From Candidatus Woesearchaeota archaeon (GTDB taxonomy: Archaea; Nanobdellota; Nanobdellia; SCGC-AAA011-G17; UBA489), in the NCBI GenBank assembly GCA_964367375.1, contig CAYIXG010000004.1:59556-123555 (forward strand): a stretch of DNA of 64,000 nt, written 5' to 3'. Positions within the stretch are counted from its first letter, which is position 1. Each line of letters starts with the position of its first letter. The position numbers and the translations under genes are program-made. This document shows positions 37,032-46,247 of this stretch, one piece after another. Under the pieces are notes generated by a model. The model had not been told where the DNA came from. It was given only the letters and a program-made list of their open reading frames with translations, and searched no databases.

Positions 37032-38342
37032 TCATGTGCTTGACTGCCCACAATCCATAAACGCGCAAATAGCACCCGCATGCCTAAACCTCGGCACACC
37101 ACACTTCCTGATACTTTCCTCAATAATTGCAAGACCCTCATCTACCTCTTTCTGATGTATAATCAATGGCGGAATCACACGCACCGACCTTTGCCCGCAT
37201 CCTATAAGAATAAGCCCTCTTTTTACTGCTTCAATAATCACATCATCCCGCATCTTTCTTGAGGGAAGATCAAAGGCACGCATCAAACCCAGACCACGCA
37301 CATTCTGCACGTGAGACAGCTGCTCTTGCATGATTTGCATTCCTTTATGGAAATATGTGCCCATCTTCTCTGCATTTCTCAGAAGGTTTCTCTTTTTTAT
37401 TGTCCTTATTATTTGTATTCCCAGAGCAAGATCAAGCATATGACCGCCACCCCAAGTTGATGAGATTGCACTTTCTTCATCAGGAAACCATTTCTTGTTT
37501 GCAATTGTTGCACCCACCTGCAACGCCTTCGCAACAGACATAACTTCTGGCTTTATCCCAAAATGCTGAAACGCCCACCATTTTCCTGTCCTTCCCATTC
37601 CTGACTGCACCTCATCAGCAATCAACGGAATACCTAGCTCTTGCGTTACATTCCTTATACTCTTCACCATCTTCTTTGACGCAATATTATACCCTCCTTC
37701 ACCCTGCACATGCTCCAGAATAACAAAACCAATCTCCTCTGCACTTACCTCCCGCGCCGCTATCTTTTGTAGCACCTCTCCTGCAATCTCATCAAATGGC
37801 AAGCGACGCATGTTCATCGACAAAAAACCTCTCTTCTGCACCACCTTTGAATTGGTTGCAGACAATGCACCAAGTGTTCTCCCATGAAACGCACCCTCGA
37901 ATGAAATACCTATCTTTGTTGCTTTTCTCCTGCGCATACATATCTTCATCGCATTCTCCACAGCCTCTGCACCAGAATTGATCACAAACGCAGCGTTCAT
38001 ACCTGGCGGAGCAATTTTTGTCAGCTCCTCAAGCATCTCCGCATGCTCGCGCGTCGCAAAATCCTGACCTGCAATCTTCACCGGAGACATCTTCGCATAC
38101 TCACGCATCACTTCTCTCAGATCAGGATGATTATAGCCCAGAGGCTGCGTCGCAATCTGCGACCCAAAATCGAGAAAGACATTTCCATCTACATCCTTCA
38201 CATAACAGCCAGAGCCAGACTGATACACAAATGGATATGGACTATTCCTCGGACCATTCTTCTTCTGCAATATCTTTAGAACTTTCGCTGATCTAGGTCC
38301 AGGAATCTTCGTTTTAATAATAGCGTACACCTCTTTCACCAA
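37032..38342 (-). CDS. Class III aminotransferase (ornithine/4-aminobutyrate/lysine omega-type)
   Basis: NSGAEAVENA, FHGRTLG, EHVQGEGG, DEVQSGMGRTG, AKALQVG, STWGG. Confidence 0.9.
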   Translation of the reverse strand: MVKEVYAIIKTKIPGPRSAKVLKILQKKNGPRNSPYPFVYQSGSGCYVKDVDGNVFLDFGSQIATQPLGYNHPDLREVMREYAKMSPVKIAGQDFATREHAEMLEELTKIAPPGMNAAFVINSGAEAVENAMKICMRRRKATKIGISFEGAFHGRTLGALSATNSKVVQKRGFLSMNMRRLPFDEIAGEVLQKIAAREVSAEEIGFVILEHVQGEGGYNIASKKMVKSIRNVTQELGIPLIADEVQSGMGRTGKWWAFQHFGIKPEVMSVAKALQVGATIANKKWFPDEESAISSTWGGGHMLDLALGIQIIRTIKKRNLLRNAEKMGTYFHKGMQIMQEQLSHVQNVRGLGLMRAFDLPSRKMRDDVIIEAVKRGLILIGCGQRSVRVIPPLIIHQKEVDEGLAIIEESIRKCGVPRFRHAGAICAFMDCGQSST

Positions 38343-38372
38343 ACAATCTGAAGCAATCTGATCTTTAAAAAC

Positions 38373-38651
38373 CTAATGTTTTACTCCATTCTTTTTGATG
38401 TGCATAGAAGTATCCTCAATATGTTGTATTAAAAGAACTTCAATATGGTTTACTCTTTGCTCGAGATGCGTAATCTTCTGCATGTATCTTCCTAGATATA
38501 CACCTCCTCCTAGAAGAGCAAGTGTGTCTGCAACGATTGGACTATGCAACACACCAATAATCTTGAGAAAGAAGTAGAGCATGACAATAGCAAACCCTAT
38601 CCACGCAATCACATCCCACACCTTACTCCAGTTCATCTTCTTTTTTTCCAT
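38373..38651 (-). CDS. Small two-TM protein with short C-terminal coiled coil
   Basis: Two hydrophobic helices then HLEQRVNHIEVLL. Confidence 0.6.
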   Translation of the reverse strand: MEKKKMNWSKVWDVIAWIGFAIVMLYFFLKIIGVLHSPIVADTLALLGGGVYLGRYMQKITHLEQRVNHIEVLLIQHIEDTSMHIKKNGVKH

Positions 38652-38775
38652 TCTTTTATTCTGTATGCATTAACCTTTATTAACCTTATGCACTTCTTTC
38701 CAAAATATTTTTGACATTTCTTCTTTTTCTGCGAGCGAAACCTTTAAAAGTATATACTCGAGAATATACTTCTTT

Positions 38776-39618
38776 ATGAGCATCTCCAGGAGGAAAGCAT
38801 TGATCAGCATTATTGGAAGCACTGTTCTTATTGGTGGTGGAGTTTATTTTTTTCACTCTTCCCAAGATACTCCTCCCTCTTCATACCCCAAAATTGCTTT
38901 TGTGACCCCACGCCCTGACGATCCTTACCTTATTGCAAAAACAGGAACTCACGCTCAGAAACAAGCTGTCCTTGAAGAAGCTTTTGCGAAAGCAAGCCCT
39001 TCTTATCTTTCTCACATTCTATATGATCCAGAGCTTTCTCATGCCAAGCGTCATCTTGAATCGCTTCTTGCAACTGCAGGCTTCTCCAATAATGGTGTGC
39101 TTTCTCCTGACAGTGAAGCGAAACTCCACGCTGCTACCTCCCATTTGATGATGGTGATATCAGAGATGCACCTTGTCGGAAACAACCAAAAACGCCCTAT
39201 CTTTGTCAAAAAAGAGTTCTGGACAGATCCTTCTTATCAGTGCATCGAGGATGTGATATCAGCAATTCACCACGAAGATGTTCATGGTAAACAAGAAAAT
39301 ATAGGATATGAATTTGGAACAACCCTTGCAACTGGTAACACCCTCATTCCTCTTATCGAACACGGACTTGCTCGGTCAGATGTGCTTGCTCATATTGGCG
39401 AGATTCCTGCATATGCGCGACAACTCGAACTTGCAATCAATGGTAAGCAAAGAGTATCGGAAGCCCACTTTATTGGAACCAAAAAAAACCTTCTCAAACT
39501 TGTTGAGATCTTTTCACGCGCACTGCTCAAAGAACAACTTACTCCTCCAGAAGCACAGTACGCTGATGCGACTCTTGTTGCTCATGCAAAGCTTATCAAA
39601 ACTCTTCGCACCTTTTAA
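38776..39618 (+). CDS. Membrane-anchored hypothetical protein with twin-Arg-like N-terminus and HExxH motif
   Basis: MSISRRKALISIIG...; HEDVH followed downstream by GEIPAY; BRE-TATA at 38736. Confidence 0.6.
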   Translation: MSISRRKALISIIGSTVLIGGGVYFFHSSQDTPPSSYPKIAFVTPRPDDPYLIAKTGTHAQKQAVLEEAFAKASPSYLSHILYDPELSHAKRHLESLLATAGFSNNGVLSPDSEAKLHAATSHLMMVISEMHLVGNNQKRPIFVKKEFWTDPSYQCIEDVISAIHHEDVHGKQENIGYEFGTTLATGNTLIPLIEHGLARSDVLAHIGEIPAYARQLELAINGKQRVSEAHFIGTKKNLLKLVEIFSRALLKEQLTPPEAQYADATLVAHAKLIKTLRTF

Positions 39619-39620
39619 GC

Positions 39621-41096
39621 TTACTTTCTTTTATCCACATCAATCTGCGCCTTCTGCAGCTTTCCCGAATAATCAATGTACACTGTTTTCACCTCAGAAA
39701 ACTCCTCAACGCCTAGAATGCCTGCTTCTCTTGTCCCGTTTCCTGTCTTCTTTATCCCTCCAAACGGCAGATGCACCTCTGCGCCTATCGTTGACGCATT
39801 CACATACGTAATTCCTGCCTCAATATGCTCAATAGCAGTAAACGCTTTTTGGATATCATTGGTGTAGATTGCAGAACTTAACCCATATTCAATTCCGTTA
39901 CACACTCGAATCGCTTCCCTCACATCATTCACCTTCATCAGAGACACACTCGGACCAAAAATTTCTTCCTGTGCAATCCTCATATGAGGTTTGACATTCG
40001 TGAAAACAGTAGGCTTGTAAAAGAAACCCCCCTTCTCCGGAAGAGCATATCCCCCAGTCACCAATTTTGCATGCTCCTTCTTCCCGATTTCAGTATACCG
40101 ATGCGTCTTCTTGACAGCATTCTCATTAATTAATGGACCTATATCTGTCGACTCCTTTAACGGATCACCCAGACGCAACCGCTCTGCCCTTTTCACTAGC
40201 ATTTCTTCAAATTCATCCTTCACCTCCTTGCTTACAATCACTCTTGATGCAGCTGTGCAGCGCTGCCCTGCAGTTCCAAAGGCACCAAACAAGACCCCTT
40301 CTAATGCAAGATCAAGATCAGCATCATCCATGATGATAATTGCGTTTTTCCCTCCCAGCTCCAAGCCAACTCTCTTCAACCCTGCGTTTGCCGCAACAAA
40401 TTCTCCTACGACTCTCGATCCTGTAAATGAGATACCTGCAAGCTTTTCATGCCGAATAATATGCGCACCCACCTCATCTCCTGACCCTGTCACCATATTG
40501 ATCACTCCTGGAGGGATTCCTGCCTCCTCACACGTCTTCACCAGCTCATACGCGCATAACGGCGTGTCTGATGCCGGCTTCAAGACAACTGCATTCCCAC
40601 AAACCAAGGCAGGAGCGAGCTTCCACGCAGGAATAGCCATCGGAAAATTCCAAGGCGTAATAAGACCAACAACACCTAACGGCCTTCGCATAGTACAACA
40701 AAACTTGCTCCTCAGCTCAGAAGGAGTTGTATGACCAAACAACCTTCTCCCCTCACCAGCCATATACTCAAAAATGTCAATCGCTTCTTGCACATCTCCC
40801 AGACCTTCAGACAAGATTTTTCCCATCTCCGTTGAGACAAGCCTTCCCAACTGCTGCTTCCTCCTCCTGAGGAGTCTTGCAACTTCTAATAAGACCTCAC
40901 CCCTCTGCGGTGCAGGAAGAGCAGCCCACTTCTTCTGCGCCTGATGCGCCACTGCAACTGCAGTATTCACATCTGTCTCAGAACCTGAACAAAAACTGGC
41001 TACTGCGCGCTTGTTCGTTGGGTTGAGAGACACAAACGTTTTCCTTCCCTTCGGATAGACTTCTCTTCCCGCAATCCACAAACCGTATTTTTTCAC
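39621..41096 (-). CDS. NAD(P)-dependent aldehyde dehydrogenase
   Basis: PWNFP, FTGS, LELGGKN, GQRCTA, EEIFGP, PFGG; GAGGTGA SD. Confidence 0.95.
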   Translation of the reverse strand: MKKYGLWIAGREVYPKGRKTFVSLNPTNKRAVASFCSGSETDVNTAVAVAHQAQKKWAALPAPQRGEVLLEVARLLRRRKQQLGRLVSTEMGKILSEGLGDVQEAIDIFEYMAGEGRRLFGHTTPSELRSKFCCTMRRPLGVVGLITPWNFPMAIPAWKLAPALVCGNAVVLKPASDTPLCAYELVKTCEEAGIPPGVINMVTGSGDEVGAHIIRHEKLAGISFTGSRVVGEFVAANAGLKRVGLELGGKNAIIIMDDADLDLALEGVLFGAFGTAGQRCTAASRVIVSKEVKDEFEEMLVKRAERLRLGDPLKESTDIGPLINENAVKKTHRYTEIGKKEHAKLVTGGYALPEKGGFFYKPTVFTNVKPHMRIAQEEIFGPSVSLMKVNDVREAIRVCNGIEYGLSSAIYTNDIQKAFTAIEHIEAGITYVNASTIGAEVHLPFGGIKKTGNGTREAGILGVEEFSEVKTVYIDYSGKLQKAQIDVDKRK

Positions 41097-41236
41097 CGCT
41101 TCACCTCACATTCTTTCTGCATCTTCCTCGCTTAAATACATTTTTGTTTTGTCATTCTTCAAGCATATCGAAAAGTTTAAATATGAGATTCATCAAAAAA
41201 AATTATCCTATTTACTCTGAAAGGTAGACGGGGGAA

Positions 41237-41698
41237 ATGAACACACGCTTTGAACTGGGATTCGGTCCGCATCTCACTTTGGACCTGTCTGATTGTAATG
41301 TTGATAGGTTGAGTGATCCTGCGCACATTCTTCGCCTCTTAAATGATCTTCCTGAACAACTTGGCATGCGCAAAATCGCAGAGCCATACATCATTGATTA
41401 TCCTCCGCAAGAGCACACCTTTGACAAAGGAGGAGTCACCGCATTTGTACTCATTGCAGAATCACATATTTCCATTCACACCTTCAAAGAGCAACGCTAC
41501 GCATTCGTTGACATTTTTTCTTGCAAGCCCTTTGACGTTGACAAGGCAGTTGCGTACTTTGTTGATCATCTTGGCGCACGTAAACACTCAGTCAGACTGT
41601 TTGACCGAGGATTAGAATTTCCCAAAGAGATACCTGCTGTCAGCAAGTTCTTGAAACATGAACGCACAGACATCACACCCAACCCACCAAAATATTAA
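41237..41698 (+). CDS. speD: Pyruvoyl-dependent decarboxylase proenzyme, SpeD family (SAM, Arg or Orn substrate)
   Basis: G.HL.LDL, GGVT..VLIAESHISIHTF (E-S autocleavage site), DIFSC. Confidence 0.85.
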   Translation: MNTRFELGFGPHLTLDLSDCNVDRLSDPAHILRLLNDLPEQLGMRKIAEPYIIDYPPQEHTFDKGGVTAFVLIAESHISIHTFKEQRYAFVDIFSCKPFDVDKAVAYFVDHLGARKHSVRLFDRGLEFPKEIPAVSKFLKHERTDITPNPPKY

Positions 41699-41724
41699 TA
41701 AACTCTCTTCCTCTTTTATTTGTC

Positions 41725-43702
41725 ATGATTTTAAAAAAGAAGGTGGAATTTGTTCTCTTACTCGCAATTCTTCTTGCTGCTGCCGTGTTCATTCCTTTAC
41801 TTTCCAACATACAAACAGGTTATGCTTCTCGAACGAGGTCAGCAACACCAGAAACCAGTGCTTCTTCAATATCTTCAGCAGAAAGCATATTCCTTGTTGA
41901 TGCTGATGAATCAGATGCTCGACAATTCTTAGAAACATCCCTCACCTCCGCAACCGATGACCATCTTCACCAAGCGATTCTCGCCCTTCAAAAAAATGAT
42001 GTTCTTCTTGGAGACACTGGAGAACCGGTGTTCACCTATGATGAGGACAAAGCGAAAGAACACCTTGAAGAATATATTACTCATTTAGATTCTTTACACG
42101 ATGATGAGCTTTTCATCGCTGTCAAACAATTTTATTCTGTCAAGCATTTATTCCCCAGTACCTTTCACGCTGATTACTTTCCCGAGGAGATTGTTGTAAA
42201 GAATTCCATCATTAGAATACAACACGGTGACACCATACTTGATGGAAAAGCAGTTGCAACTTCGGAATTCTTCCTCGTCAAAGATTCTGTCACCTTTCCG
42301 ATTTACTTCAAACGACCACTTCCCATGCCCAGTATTGATGCGATCTATCAAGGAAAGGGCTATACTTTGCGAGGCAAGGCTTATCTTGACACACCCCTTC
42401 CTTCTGCATCACCAGACAAACGAGAACGTGAGAGAGGGAGTGCAATCACTGGTATGCAAGCATATACACCAACCGGATTCAACCAAGTAAACCGAAGCAT
42501 TGCTATCATCCTTCCGAACACCACCAACTACACTCTCCCTCCAAACACTCTTTCTTATCTCACTACAAAACTCACCAACACTGTTGTCCCTTATTTCCAA
42601 GCAAACTCTGAAGGAACTGCAACCTACACCTTTACTTTATTTCCTGTTGATGTACCCAATTATGACCCTCAAAACAAAGGCTTTGACATAGAACGAATCG
42701 TCCTCGCGGCAGATCCGTACATTAATTATAACCAGTTTGACATGGTGGACATTCATGTCTCTACTTCCTCATTCCAAAATCCCAATTGCTGTTTTGGATA
42801 TGCAAATATCTGGCTTAACGGTCCAAACACTATTGCCACATTTGCGACAAATGAACCTTTGAAAGCAGTTGTTCCAATAACCTTCTTTAACCCAAACGAT
42901 CCTGACCATATTCAATTCACTGAGTTCGTCACTGAACATGAAATAGGGCATGAGCTTCACACCTTTAGTCAAAATTTCAACTCAAACTACTTTCAAGGCT
43001 ATGTTCCGCATGCACGCGGCTTTGACCAATGGACTTATCCGTGCACTACGAATGGACCCATATTCATCTGCAATAATATTTATGAGTATGGCGATCAATT
43101 AGATGTAATGGGAACAGGTAGAGGATTGTTTGCACACCACCGCGCAACCCACCAAATGGGACTTCGCAGTCCATCAAGCGTTCAATCACTCACAAGCTCA
43201 GGAACTTATACCCTTTGCAGCACCAACCACACAAGGATATGTTGATGTACCCATTCCTCAAACTCTTGCAACTGTTCCTGCAAGAACCTATCCCTACACA
43301 GTCACTGTTGCCAGACTGACAAACCCCCAGTACAGCACCAGTGTTACTGATCTATTAACTTTACAATCATCTGCACCCCAAATTTACCTCTACAACACCT
43401 TTTACTGCCTTGACCTTGATCCTATGCCCTTCACCCAACAAACCCTTGGAGCAAACTATGTATCAACGTATCCTAACATTGGCGCTGTTGTCGCACCCAA
43501 CCCCTTTATTCCAGGATTGCCTCCTATCTTCTACGTTCCTGACCTCTGCTATGACAATTTAGGATTTGACTTTGTCAGCGACTTTGTTTGCTCAAACAAC
43601 ATTCCTGGACTTCCGCCAAACTACGGCGCATTAATAGCTCAAGACTGTCGAATTGCCACTAATAATCCACAATCACGATGTAACCTTGGCTCTTGCTATT
43701 AG
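41725..43702 (+). pseudogene. Secreted zinc metallopeptidase (M11/gametolysin-like), frame-broken near 43215-43245
   Basis: Signal peptide, HEIGH, EYGDQLDVMG Met-turn; frame ends after SGTYTLC at 43245 while a second frame (to 43702) carries Ig-like and Cys-rich C-terminal motifs. Could be a true lesion or an assembly error. Confidence 0.6.
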
Positions 43703-43711
43703 TTGTTTTCC

Positions 43712-44638
43712 TTAATTCAGTAGCTTTAGAATAAGAGCTTTCTGCATGTGCAACCTATTTTCTGCCTGATCGAACACAACAGATTGCTTTCCGTCAATTA
43801 CATCTTTCGTTACTTCCATTCCACGCACAGCAGGCAAACAGTGCATGAATACTGCAGACTTCTTTGCATGCTTCATCAACTCTTTGTTTACTTGATACCT
43901 CTTTAATGCTTTCATTCGAGACGATTTCTCTGCAGGATTAATGTTATAGGACATCCATGAATCTGTGTACACTACATCAGCATCCTTCACTGCTTTTTCT
44001 GGATCATGAATAACAACCACTTTTGATTTGTTCTTCTTCGCATATTTTCTCGCTTGCGCAAGCACTTGTGTCATTGGAGAAAACTTTTTTTCTTTCGGAC
44101 ATCCAATGACAATATTAATACCACTCATCGCACACCCCAGCATTAAGGAATGCGTCACATTATTTCTGCTATCACCTAGATACGCAACCTTCAAGCCCTT
44201 CTTTTTTCCACATACTTCTTGCATTGTCATAAGATCACTTAACGCTTGACACGGATGCTCCACATCACTCAACCCATTAATAACTGGAATAGACGCGTTT
44301 TTCGCTATGATCTCTATCGCCTTATGATCATACATCCTGATCATCATGATATCACAATACCTTGACACCACCCGAGCAACATCCTCAATACTTTCCTTTC
44401 CTTTCGACCAGGGAGAGGTTTCTGCATGATAATCAATCACTTCCCCACCCATCTGAAACATTGCAGAATCAAACGATAACTCCGTTCTCAACGACGGAGC
44501 TGCAAAAAACGTGAATAATACTTTTTCAAACACTTTTTTCTGATATTTTTTCGGATTCTTCTTTATTTCTCTCGCTTTTTTGATCAATTCTTTGATTTCT
44601 TTTTCCTTTACATCATTCATTGAAAGAAGGTGCTTCAT
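43712..44638 (-). CDS. arcB: Ornithine carbamoyltransferase (likely catabolic)
   Basis: PSLRT, HPCQ, GDSRNNV, YTDSWMSY, MHCLP, QAENRLH; ATGA overlap with the upstream gene. Confidence 0.92.
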   Translation of the reverse strand: MKHLLSMNDVKEKEIKELIKKAREIKKNPKKYQKKVFEKVLFTFFAAPSLRTELSFDSAMFQMGGEVIDYHAETSPWSKGKESIEDVARVVSRYCDIMMIRMYDHKAIEIIAKNASIPVINGLSDVEHPCQALSDLMTMQEVCGKKKGLKVAYLGDSRNNVTHSLMLGCAMSGINIVIGCPKEKKFSPMTQVLAQARKYAKKNKSKVVVIHDPEKAVKDADVVYTDSWMSYNINPAEKSSRMKALKRYQVNKELMKHAKKSAVFMHCLPAVRGMEVTKDVIDGKQSVVFDQAENRLHMQKALILKLLN

Positions 44639-45948
44639 TTTTTTAATGCACTTAATATCATTTTCTTTAATTTCTGTTTTCCAAGCTCTTTGAATGAATA
44701 ACTCACGTTCACCACTCTTTTTTTTGTTTTTATCACATTTGACAAATTGACTGGAGACCCGTCAACAACTGCATCTGCGTCAGATCTGTTAATTGTTTGC
44801 TCTAACTCCTTCATCTGCCTTCTTGAATATCCCATTGCAGGCAAGATTTTCTTCACGTGCAGATATTTTTTGTATATCTCCTTTATTGAACCTACTGCAA
44901 ACTTTTCTGCATCAATGATTTTTCCCCCATATTTTTTTGCAACCAACGTTCCTGCACCAAATGACATGCCGCCATGCGTCACTGTCGGACCATCCTCAAT
45001 TACTATCACTTTCTTTCCTTTGATCCATTCAGGATTTTTCACTTCTTGCGGAGACGCTGCCCTAATGATTGTTGCTTTTGGATTCCAGACCTTACAATGC
45101 ATTTCTACATCCTTTATTGCACTTGCAGATGCAGTGTCCACTTTATTTATGATAAGTACATCCGCACTCAGAAAGTTCACCATTCCCGGATAATATGTTA
45201 TTTCATGACCACTCCGATGCGGATCAAGCACCACTACATTTATTGTCGGCTTGAAAAAGGAAAAATCGTTATTCCCCCCATCCCAAATAATCACCTCTGC
45301 TTCTTTTTCTGCCCTTTCCAAAATCTTCTTATAATCAACACCCGCATACACTGGAATTCCCATCTCAATCCAAGGAGTATACTCCTCTTCTTCCTCAATC
45401 GTGCACCTCTGCTTCTTCATATCACTCACCTTTGCAAACCGCTGCACCACCATTTTTTTCAAATCACCATATGGCATGGGATGTCGTACCGCAACCACAT
45501 TATACCCCTCATCCTTCAGCATTTTTGCAATCGCGCGAGACGTTTGCGATTTTCCTGCTCCCGTTCGTACCGCACAGATTGCGATTACTGGTTTTTTTGA
45601 ACGAATCATGGTATCTTTTGGACCTAAGAGCCTAAACGACGCGCCTGCAGCCATTGCCATTGATGCTTTTTCCATCACTTCCTGATGCGACAAATCAGAA
45701 TATGCAAGACACACCTCATCAATTTTTTCTTTCTTGATGAGCTCTACTAGTCTTTCTTCAGAATAAATAGGAATATCTCTTTTATACAAACGACCAGCCA
45801 TTGATTTTGGGAAGGTTCTTTTTTCAATTCCAGGAATCTGCGCAGCGGTAAACGCGACCACCTCATACTGTGGATTATCTTTAAAATACTGCAGAAAGTT
45901 TTGAAAATCCCTGCCACCAGCACCCATAATCACAACTCTCTTTTTCAT
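44635..45948 (-). CDS. arcE: Arginine synthetase ArcE-like P-loop protein (family often annotated GTPase/cDPG synthetase-like)
   Basis: MGAGGRDF.NF, VVAFTAAQIP, AVRTGAGKSQTSR, RHPMPYGDL, AGVDY, WDGGNND, EDGPTVTHGGM, LPAMGYS; flanked by OTC and carbamate kinase. Confidence 0.82.
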   Translation of the reverse strand: MKKRVVIMGAGGRDFQNFLQYFKDNPQYEVVAFTAAQIPGIEKRTFPKSMAGRLYKRDIPIYSEERLVELIKKEKIDEVCLAYSDLSHQEVMEKASMAMAAGASFRLLGPKDTMIRSKKPVIAICAVRTGAGKSQTSRAIAKMLKDEGYNVVAVRHPMPYGDLKKMVVQRFAKVSDMKKQRCTIEEEEEYTPWIEMGIPVYAGVDYKKILERAEKEAEVIIWDGGNNDFSFFKPTINVVVLDPHRSGHEITYYPGMVNFLSADVLIINKVDTASASAIKDVEMHCKVWNPKATIIRAASPQEVKNPEWIKGKKVIVIEDGPTVTHGGMSFGAGTLVAKKYGGKIIDAEKFAVGSIKEIYKKYLHVKKILPAMGYSRRQMKELEQTINRSDADAVVDGSPVNLSNVIKTKKRVVNVSYSFKELGKQKLKKMILSALKK

Positions 45949-46022
45949 TGTATACCCCTCTCTTCTTCACCCAACACTGCTATATAACCCTACCTCTTCC
46001 TACCTTACTATTCTAGAATACT

Positions 46023-46205
46023 TTACTCCTTTTTTAACCACTGAGAATCTGCAGTTCTTCCATCAAGCTCGGCAATCACCTTTTTCTTTTTTGACAGCTC
46101 TTGCAGTTCTTGCAACGTAACATCAGCAAATTTTCCTTTCTCACGCTTAATATTCTTATCAAGCATCAAATCAATTAAATGTTTTGAACCCTCTTTCTTT
46201 TCCAT
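46023..46205 (-). CDS. Small hypothetical protein (60 aa) between arcC and arcE
   Basis: ORF with GAAGGG upstream, co-oriented with the arc genes. Confidence 0.45.
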   Translation of the reverse strand: MEKKEGSKHLIDLMLDKNIKREKGKFADVTLQELQELSKKKKVIAELDGRTADSQWLKKE

Positions 46206-46247
46206 ACCCTTTCTTCACCCTTTCTTCTATATAAACCTTATTCTCTC

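Noticed and set aside
43200..43260. Programmed ribosomal frameshift or phase-variable tract
   Set aside because: No slippery heptamer, homopolymer or obvious stimulatory hairpin at the junction
44635..45948. Cyclic 2,3-diphosphoglycerate synthetase or generic GTPase
   Set aside because: No 2-phosphoglycerate kinase nearby; N-terminal motif and arcB/arcC context fit ArcE better
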